Shown: positions 55,101 to 64,000 of the stretch, piece by piece
Position numbering within the stretch: position 1 is the stretch's first letter
Layout: the number at the start of each line of letters is the position of its first letter
DNA from: Prorocentrum cordatum
Lineage: Eukaryota
DNA length: 64,000 bases
Reading direction: 5' to 3'
Assembly: GCA_963575745.1 (NCBI GenBank)
Contig: CAUYUJ010000245.1
Span: forward strand, 1 to 64,000
Notes under the pieces: model-generated
What the model saw: only the letters and a program-made list of their open reading frames with translations
The model's database searches: none
What the model was told of the DNA's origin: nothing
Position numbers and translations under genes: made by a program

Positions 55101-55900
55101 GTGCCTGACCAAGCGGAGGTGCTACAGCATAAGAGGGACATCTTCACGGGCATCAAGGTATCTATACGACACAGCCCCACGCGCATGCCCTCGCCACTCC
55201 TCGCAACCGACCTACAGAGGGGAAGTTGCAACCGAGGCAACGGTCAAGATGGCAGTACCAGCAGTGCCCGAGAGTGAATCACAGCACCAGCAGAACCGAC
55301 AGCCGACACCAGACCCACCGACTGCATGCGACCTTCTGCCACCGACCGAGCCGCACATCGGGACCGCACCAACCCAACTAGGACACCTGGACCAACAGTC
55401 GTCGACTTCAGGACCGAATGCAAGTGAGCTGACCAACGACGCCAACTGGGCGCAGCCCAGGCGGCCCACTACCTCGACGGGCAGAACCGCAGCGAGCAGC
55501 ACCGCCGACCACCAAGCGCCGCATCAGTCGCAGCAGCACGCCATCGCCGATGCCAGCACGGCTGCCACGAACCGCAACTTGATCACGGACCACAATACCG
55601 ATGGGGGCGTTTTCCACGCTGGCGAACGCAAGCCGCAACGACACCGCTCTCAGGCGGACAACCGAGCATCGTCCACCAGGACGGCCAGCAGCAGACGGAC
55701 AAGGAGGCTTTCCCGTTTTACGGCCCCGACCCGCGGAAGCCATGGCCGACCTACGCAGACGCCGTCAAAGTTGACCAGCCTGACCAGCGCGGCCTTGATC
55801 GCCCACAACACGAGGCAGTCCGCGCGATCGAACCAGCCTAACGGCGGCCGATCAGTGCCCGACTGCCCCATGCAGTACATTAGTTTTGTGATGACAACCG
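52200..55900 (+). pseudogene. Unidentified decayed coding-like sequence
   Basis: A chain of short + strand protein-like ORFs with the same A/C-rich skew as the LINE. No motif recognised. Confidence 0.3.
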
Positions 55901-57318
55901 CCAGCTGCTACGCGCCCACGCCCACCTCTACGCTATCCTTGAACGGACGCGCGCGCAATCGCCGCAAAAAACGGAAGCAGCACGGCAAGGGGCATGGGAG
56001 TCCACCTTCTCTCGCCGCATCTACAGCGCGCACGTCAGCGGCGACTGCGATCGGCATGGGTCCCCACGAGGCTTTCTCGTTCACCCGAGTATTACTGCAC
56101 GAAACGCGTGGGTCCCCGATGGGGTTCCCGCCCGCCGCGCATGAGGGCTCCACCAACCCCCACCCCTTCTTGGCCCACCTGCCTGCAGCCCCGACCCCCC
56201 CCCCAACGCCTCCATCTACATCTAGCCTTCACCTTCCCACCTTCTTCCTGGCATCGCTCGGACGTGTGCATTTTTTCCTCGGCGCGAACCATCGAGGACC
56301 ATCCTGGACCATCGAGCAAAAAAGCACGCGCGAAACCGAAAAATGCACGGGAAATGGACGTCCGAGCGATGGCGAATCTTTTTGGTGAGGGATGAGCCAG
56401 GCATCTGGGTGGGAGGGGGCTCGGACTCACCGCGGCCGCCACCGGGGCAGCTGTCATCAGGGCGCCAATTCAGCCCCTTCCAATATCTACCGCCTGCACT
56501 TCACCTACAACGCACACGCAGCGCGCGGCCGCCACGGATGGCAGAAACCACCCCCAGGCACGGCGGAACTCCCCCAAAACGGCTCCCACTCCCGCGATCT
56601 GGGCGCCCTGCTCCTGCCTCGGCCAGGGGAGGGTACCAGCCGTGGGGGCGGTGGCCGTTTCGGGGGGGGGGGTCCTCTGTGCAGGAGGCGAGGACTCGCT
56701 GCCAGCCACGTTGGCGAGTGCGGTCGCCACTGCTCCTCGCGAGCGTCGGTGGCCCCCGCCTTGGGGGGCACGAGCCTCCCTCCCGCCCGGCGCAACCCCC
56801 CCACGCGGCCCCATGGCCACTGTGCTGGGAGCCCTGCGCTTGTTTCCACGCGAGGGGTCCCGCCTCTGACCCGGACGCCTGTGGGGGGTCCCCACGAGCT
56901 GAGAGAGAGGCTTCTGAGCCACCAGCGAAAGCGGAGCGGCGCCGCCACCGCCGGTGCGCCGCCACCTCCACCACCGGCAGCCTCTTGCTTGCCTGCCTGT
57001 CTGTCTTTCTCCCTTTGATACCATCACGCGCACGTCTGTTTCAAGGCTGCCGCCCAGCGCGGCCCAGCCAACAGGGCGCCTGGCCTGCTTGCACTCCTCC
57101 ACCTCCTACCTCATGTCAAGGTTGCCGACCACAGTAGCCCCCGTCCTCGCAGCGCCTGCCAACTGTTCAGCGATTTCGCCGACCGCACCTCCACCTCACC
57201 CCCATCTCGCTTCAGCCCTGCCAGCCTCCGCGGCACCCAGCTGCTGCTAGCTGGCTGCCACCGCAACATTTCGCTGCTAGTCAAAGGTAACGCGTCTGCC
57301 ACCCCTCAGCTACCCCCC

Positions 57319-57522
57319 TAATGGAGGATGACGATTAATAAATGACCAGGGGTCGTGTTCACGCGGCGGCGCCCGGGATGACGATTAGAAAAAACCGGCC
57401 GCGGGCTGGAACATTATGTTTGAAATCGTTCTCTTCCAGTCAGAAAATTGTGCAGAAATAGCAAAAAACTATGTGTTTAATCCTTCTCTCCCATTTTCTT
57501 TATTAATCGTCATCCCGCATTA
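57319..57522. mobile_element. ~200-bp MITE
   Basis: Perfect 17-bp inverted repeat GGATGACGATTAATAAA (57326-57342 / 57499-57515), extendable to 24 bp with 2 mismatches and ending in TA on both sides. The interior is AT-rich. Confidence 0.7.
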
Positions 57523-58339
57523 CCTCCACCTCTGACTGAGCAGGGCACCTCTACGGAGGGGGCGCCCCAAGGGTATTGGCCCCGAGTGTCCAGGGGGCCC
57601 AAAGGGAGGAGGACCCTTCGACGAGGGGCTGCACGGGCCCCCCACGCGCCGCGCTGCCACGTACTGCCACGCCGCATGGCACACGATCCCCCTCTCTTCT
57701 CCTCCCTCCTGAGGCTGTGTATTGTTAGTTGTATGTCTCTCCCGTTCTCTCCTCCTTGTTACGCTGGACCACGGTCTATTTTTTAGTTTTGCTCCACTCC
57801 GGCAGCGTTCGACGAACCGAAAGAAAAGTTCGAGGGCACATATTTAGACGTAGGATGGGGTGAGGGAGGGGAGATTGGAGGTAGGGGGGAAGAGGGGATG
57901 TAGGATAAAGCAGGGTGGAGGGAAAAGAGAACACGGAGGGGCGACCGAGCAAGGCGGCGAAAAGACAGCGCCTCTTGAGCCCCTTTTGGATGTAGCCCAC
58001 CAGGTTGCTGTCTAGAGAGATCGGGTCTTGCGCGGCATCTTGAAGACTCACACAGAGCACGCAGGGACGTACAAGAGGGCGGGTGGCGGCAGCCACTGAC
58101 ACGCTCGAGAGGACTCCTGGGAGAAGGTCCCCGAGTTCCCCGTTGACGTGGTGAACGAGGATTACAAGGCTCTCTTCTTTTCTGTGAGAGATGCAGACAT
58201 GAGCCCGCCGCGACCCAATTAGGGGATCGTTTCTTGAGTGCCATTGCTCGGCATTGCGTTGCCTCGCTTGGCATTGCACCAATGTGCCTTGCTTGGCGTT
58301 GCCTGCCATTGCTGTGCATGCATTGCTTGGCAGACAAGA

Positions 58340-58600
58340 CTAAGGAACCAGTGGAGCCCGAGGAAGGGCTTGTAAAATCAGTAAAGGGAAAAAGGCCAAG
58401 GGAACCAGGGGGACCCGAGGAAGGCCTCTTCAAAGACAGTACGGAACAACACCAGACAACCCAGGACCCCGAGGAAGGCCTCTTCAAGAACAAGAAAGAA
58501 ACAATAACAAGGAACCTGGGGACCCCGACGAAGGCCTCGTAAAGAACAATAAGGAAACAACACCAAGGAACCAGGAGAACCCGAGGAAGGTCTCTTCAAT
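58340..58600 (+). repeat. Degenerate ~55-60-bp tandem repeat (CCCGAGGAAGGCCTCTTCAA)
   Basis: The motif recurs 5 times. Confidence 0.75.
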
Positions 58601-58914
58601 AAATTCGGACAAGGCCTTGCAAGGAAACAAGACCAAGGAGTCCTTGGGAAATCCGTTGTATGGAAACAGCACCGAGGGCCCCCAGAAAACCCCGACGCGA
58701 CCAGGTCCAGCACCCACCAGTTTTTTCTACAAATAATACAGATCCTCAAAGGCAAAGCATAACTTGCATTACCCGAGACGTACCCAGCACTTTCTCCACA
58801 CAAGAGAACACATCTAGCGCTATGGGCCCTGTGATGCAACAGCGCTGCACGCTCAATGACGGAACAGCGCCACGCGCCATGTGGGCACGCGCCATGGGGG
58901 CGCCTCGCACTCAG

Positions 58915-59372
58915 CCGTGCCTCCCAGGAGCCCACGAAAGTGACGACAGTCACGCAGTTCGCGGCCCCCGACGGAGCCGCGATGTCTCAAATGATCTGCG
59001 TTTCCCTGCATTCCGCTGGGTTTCCCAGGAACCCACGGCAGTGACAACGGTTGCGCCGTTCGTATCCCCCGAGGGAGCCGCGAGGTCTCAAACGATCTTC
59101 GTTGCCTTGCACTCCACCGTGCCTGCCAGGAGCCCACGAAAGTGGCGACAGCTGCGCGGTGCGAAGCGCCCGAGGGAGCCGCGAGGTCTTACTGATCTGC
59201 GTTGCCCTGCACTCCGCCGTGCCCCCACAGGAGCCCACGACAATGTCGACAGTGGCGTCGTTCGCAGTCCCCGGCGGAGCTGCGAGGTCTCCGACGATCT
59301 GCGCTGCCTTGCATTCCGCCGTGCCTCCCAGGAGCCCACGAGAGTGGCGTTCGTTTCGCAGTTCGCAGCCCC
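58915..59372 (+). repeat. ~101-bp tandem repeat, ~5 copies
   Basis: CAGGAGCCCACG-type anchors at ~58926, 59026, 59127, 59228 and 59329. Confidence 0.85.
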
Positions 59373-59822
59373 CCATTAGGAAAGGTACGAGCAAGTGAGG
59401 CAAGGAGGCAGGAGGCAGGAGGAGAGGGGAGGAGGAGGAGTAGGAGGAGGAGGAGGAGGAGGAAGAAAAAGAGGAGGAGGAGGAGAAGGAGGAGGAGAAG
59501 GAGGAGGAGGAGGAGGACCATGCGGAAGAAGAGGTGGTGGAGGAGGAGGAGGAGGAGAAGGAGGAGGAGCAGGAGGAGGAGGAGGACCATGCGGAAGAAG
59601 AGGTGGTGGTGGAGGAGGAGGAGGAGAAGGAGGAGGAGGAGGAGGAGGAGGAGGAGGAGGAGAGGGAGGAGGAGCAGGAGGAGGAGGAGGAGGAGAAGGA
59701 GGAGGAAGACCATTGCGCTTTGTTCAAAACGAGAAACCAACACACGGGAGGTGCGGGGAATTTGCTTGGCGAAGAGCCCAATCAGATGCCAGTGTGAGCA
59801 ACGCAATTGTAAAGCTTGTCGT

Positions 59823-60296
59823 CGGTGGAGCTCCCTACGGGGTCACGAATTGTGTGAGGGTGTGCCAAAAATGGGCGTCGGGCGCATGCGGGATCTGCCA
59901 CTGGGGCCTTCGGTGGAGCTCTCTACGAGGCCACGAACCGTGCGAGGGGGTGTGCTAAAATGGGCGTCGGGCGCAAGCGGACCCTGCCTCTAGGGCCTTC
60001 GGTGGAGCTCCCTACGGGGCCACGAACCGTGCGAGGGGGTGTGCTAAAATGGGCGTCGGGCGCATGCGGACCCTGCCTCTGGGGCCTTCGGTGGAGCTCC
60101 CTATGGGGCCACGGACCGTGCGAGAGGGTGTGCTGAAGTGGGCGTCGGGCGCATGCAGACCCTGCCACTGGGGCCGCAGAGGCAGGAAGGGGAGGAGGGA
60201 GGAGGAGGGGGAGGAGGAAAGGAGAGGAGGAAAGGAGAGGACGTGGGGCGCTGCCTTTTCAAAACGAGGACCCAACACCACAGGATGGTTGGGAAA
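59823..60296 (+). repeat. ~89-bp tandem array + (GAG)n + conserved end motif
   Basis: Same CCTTCGGTGGAGCTCCCTATGGGGCCACG core and terminal motif as 2544-3686. Confidence 0.9.
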
Positions 60297-62746
60297 AACA
60301 ATGTTGAGCGTGCAGAGGTTCACCCTGCGTCTTTCGTTCTCGCGTCTTCCCTTCAATATGTTCTGGTCGTGAGCCGCTGAAGTTGATTCATACAATTGGC
60401 GCCCAAGGGCCTTGGCTCATCAGCCTGCACTCTTGTCCTGGATGTTGCGGAACGACGGTGGGCAAGCGAAATGTGTTGCAGTTGTGGTTGGACGAGGCGC
60501 GCAGCAGCTTGTAGAGGTTCATGTTTGAGCAAGGCCCACATCGGTAGCTTGAGACGACGCGCGGAGGGTCATGGCACACAGTATACAATTATGTTATGTT
60601 TGCGGTTCAGCGTTGCTTTGTCACGGCCATCGAAGGCCACAGAGGTGTCGCAGATTTTGTAAGTTAGCGCTCCACATTGTTTGAGTCGTCATTTAGGCGG
60701 CTGCAAAGGGGTAAGAAGATGAGGGACTTTTCCGGACGATCGGCAAGTTGATGTAGCACCGAGCTGCAATGGCGACTCCAGACCGTAGCCGATATTAATG
60801 TTGGGGTCGGGGGGAGTGGAAACACTCATCCGTAGCAAATGCGGCGCCAAACGTCGTAAGCATGAGATGGTCCGACATGTTGTCAATGCACCGTAGTGGC
60901 GCAAATTGAGCGCGTTGGTAATGACAATCGTTGTTGCTGGCGCCTTGGTACGAATGCGATACCCACTTGGTGTTTATTTGCATTTATTGTACGATTGCTG
61001 CTGCCGATTGCAGATAATCAGTTTTAGAGGGGATGTGAAGACTGTGCCACAGGATGCAGAGCAGTCGCTGCAACATATTGCAACACGGGCACCTCGCAGG
61101 CCACCAGATCGTGGGTCCGCGTATAGGCCGGACATTTCTCAACGCGGCGAGATTCGCATGATTGTGAACAAGATCTTCTCGCAGACGTCCCGCAGCGAAT
61201 GCCGCTTGCTGCTCCCAGTACGGAACACGCGGTGAAACACCGCCAGGCGGTATGGCGGGTTGGCGGAGGAGGAGGAGGAGGAGGAGGAGGAGGAGGAGGA
61301 GGAAGGGGGATGAGGAGGAGGAGGAGGGAGGAGGAGGAGGAGTAGGAAAGAGATATTATGATCGCCATCTTGCCGCTTGCTGCTCCAGCTGCTCCGATGG
61401 CCCCCCTGCCACCGTCGCATCGATGGCGAGGCGGCGTGCGAGGGGGGCAACAGCCTCGACGATGGCTGGATGTACCTCTACAACGAGGCCCTCGAGCATA
61501 GCAATGGGAGGAGCGGCAGTGGACGAGGGAACGGAAACGCGAGTATCGGCGGCGAGCGAGGGGGGGAAGTTCAAGCTAGGTGCGTTCGCGTCATATCTGA
61601 CGTCCTACCCTTCCCTCCCATCCCTTCCCATGGCGCAGATCTCTATATTCGCACAGTCGGATGTCGAGCAGGGCAATGATCGCGAGAGGGTGCGCGATGC
61701 ATCGTAAAGCACGGCACCGCAGGGCGTAGAGGGAGCGTAGCATGCCATAGCATGCCGTGGCGTTGCGTAGCTCAGAATTGCATCACAAAGCATTTCAACG
61801 CAAATAATGGCATCCCATAGCGGCACAGAACACAACACCGCACAGCATGTCATGGCATGGTGCCGGGTTCCTTGGAGGGTAAGTGGATCGTCTTCGAGAG
61901 GTTTGGGCCAGTCTGGAGTCGTGGCTCCATGTCTAGCTCCTTGTGCTCCCTGGAAAGTTCCACACAAGGCGGGGTTGATGGAGAGCATCCGCTGGTTCTG
62001 CTTTCAACATCGCCTTCTCAAAGCAGAAACGGGGCTCCCGCTTGATAGTTTCTGAAAACGACGACGCCCCAATTTGTGGGCAAAAAATCAACGAATCGAC
62101 ACCGAATGTGGAATCACTCCCGATGGCTTCTTCGGGGGGCCAGTTTCTAGAATTTGGGGCATGGCATGGCACTGGAAAAAACTTCTCCAGAAGGCACGAG
62201 AGGGCTTCTGAAAGTCTGGCCGCCTTCGGAGAAGGCCCTCTCCTCCTCACTTCCCCCCTGGGCGCCCCGCCGAATATGTTTTTGGGGTCGGAGCTCGGTT
62301 CTCTGGCGGTCCTTCGGGACGATCCGGGCACCCCTGCGGCGAGGCGCAGCTGCTGGAACGCATCCCGATTTTGGAAAACCGCCGAGACCTAACGGAAACG
62401 TCCGAGAAACTCAAGCCTCGAGCCTCGACAATTACGCAACATGAATACTACTCTCCTCTCTCCCCTGATGACGTCCAGAAGATGTCCCGCTCCCTCCGCT
62501 CACTGTTCTTTGAAACACAAGATTCCCGGGAATTGGGCTTTCGCTGGGTTTGTGTTCAAACTGGTGCTCCCGCGAACGCGTTGGCCTCATTTTCGGGCTT
62601 CCGCTGGTTCCGAATCGTGCTCCCGCTGCAGCGTTGGTCTCATTTCCGCGCTTCCGCTTGTTCCGAATCGTGCTCCTGCTGCAGGCCTCATTCTGCGCTT
62701 CCGCTCGTTCCGAATCGTGCTCCCGCTGCAGCGCTGGCGTCATTGT

Positions 62747-63632
62747 TTCCCAACCATCCTGTGGTGTTGGGTCCTCGTTTTGAAGAGACAGCACCCCGCG
62801 TCCCTCCTCCTTCCTTCCTCCTCCCTTTCCTCCCTCCTCCATCTTCAGCAGTTTTCCCCCGCCCAGTACAGCGCTTCGTGGCCCCAGAGGGGGCTCCAAC
62901 CACGGTCCCAGTAGCGCAGTCCGCATGCCCCAGAGGGAGCTCCACCGAAAGTCCCAGTGGCGCAGTCCGCCTGCTGTTCCCCCCACCCAGTACAGCGTTT
63001 CGTGGCCCCAGAGGGAGCTCCTCCCGAGGCCCCAGTGGCGAAACTCGCATGCGGTTCCCCCGCCCAGTGCAGCGCTTCGTGGCCCCAGAGGGAGCTCCTC
63101 CCCGGGTCCCATTGGCGCAGTCCGCATGCGGTTCCCCCGCTCAGTACAGCGTTTTGTGGCCTCAAAGGGAGCTCCAACGAAGGTCCCAGTGGCGCAGTGC
63201 GCATGCGGTTCCCCCACCCAGCACAACGCTTCGTGACCCCATAGGGAGCTCCACCGAAGGTCCCAGTGGCGAAACTCGCATGCGGTTCCCCCGCCCAGTG
63301 CAGCGCTTCGTGGCCCCAGAGGGAGTTCCACCGTAGTTCCCGGTGGCGGAATTCGCATGCGGTTCCCCCGCCCAGTGCAGCGCTTCGTGGCCCCAGAGGG
63401 AGCTCAATCGAAGGTCCCAGTGGCGGAATTCGCATGCGGTGCCCCCGCTCGGTACAGCGCTTCGTGGCCCCAGAGGGGGCTCAATCGAAGGTCCCAGTGG
63501 CGGAATTCGCATGCGGTTCCCCCGCTCAGTACAGCGTTTCGTGGCCCCAGAGGGAGCTCCACCGAAGGTCCCAGTGGCGGAACTCGGATGCGATTCCCCC
63601 CCCCAGCACAGCGTTTCGTGGCCCCAGAGGGA
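62747..63632 (-). repeat. 77-bp tandem array (~10-11 copies) + GAG-rich tract + conserved end motif
   Basis: GGCCCCAGAGGG-type anchors at 63004, 63081, 63158 ... 63620. The end motif is reverse-complemented at 62747-62784. Confidence 0.9.
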
Positions 63633-64000
63633 TGTCCCCCCCTCGGTCGCCGCCGAGACGACGGAGAGCATGCAGACGAGAATGGCATGCAGACAAGAGT
63701 AGACGGGGGGCGGCATTGCAGCCACTGCCGAGACAGCAGTCCCGCTTCCATCAGATGCCGAGGGCAGGTGCAGGAAGTCCCCTTTTTCGGATCGTAAGTG
63801 CATGTAGGACCAAGGTGTGTTCCTGGAGGTGCGTTGTCAAAAAGAGTTGCTTACTTGGAGCTCCACGGGCTTGCACGGAACGAGATCCTAGAGGCCACAG
63901 CCAGTCACTTTGGGACCCGAGTGAAAACCCCTTTTTGCGAGCATTGGTTTGGGGGACACGGCGCAGGTTCGTCAATCATGTGTGGGACAAGGGAGTTGAT

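Noticed and set aside
60360..61240. Possible minus-strand LINE endonuclease fragment
   Set aside because: The composition is suggestive, but no motif could be read with confidence.

Overview
This is eukaryotic, GC-rich, microsatellite-dense DNA, almost certainly from a dinoflagellate. An exact 16-nt match to the 3' end of the dinoflagellate spliced leader lies at 20972-20987, and the predicted introns are AG|GC..AG|G type. The main object is a ~10.7-kb element (16648-27387) inserted in a (CTA)n microsatellite, with imperfect 27-bp terminal inverted repeats (TIRs) and an apparent 8-bp target-site duplication (TSD), TACGACTA. It carries four co-oriented, intron-containing genes: a PTC7-like PP2C phosphatase, a CRESS-Rep-like superfamily-3 helicase with no recognisable HUH nuclease, a hypothetical protein, and a Merlin/IS1595-family transposase with an apparent DDD triad. 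Each gene is preceded by a spliced-leader relic. The left arm has an origin-like region: head-to-head 51-bp arrays around a stem-loop, followed by 17-bp iteron-like repeats. A second 2.3-kb TIR element sits beside it in the same microsatellite. The rest of the window holds probable host exons, a family of tandem-repeat/microsatellite/hairpin elements, a truncated LINE ORF1-like region, a decayed LINE with a C5 DNA methyltransferase domain, and a MITE. Most ORFs in the track are low-complexity artefacts. All protein calls come from reading motifs by eye; no searches were run.
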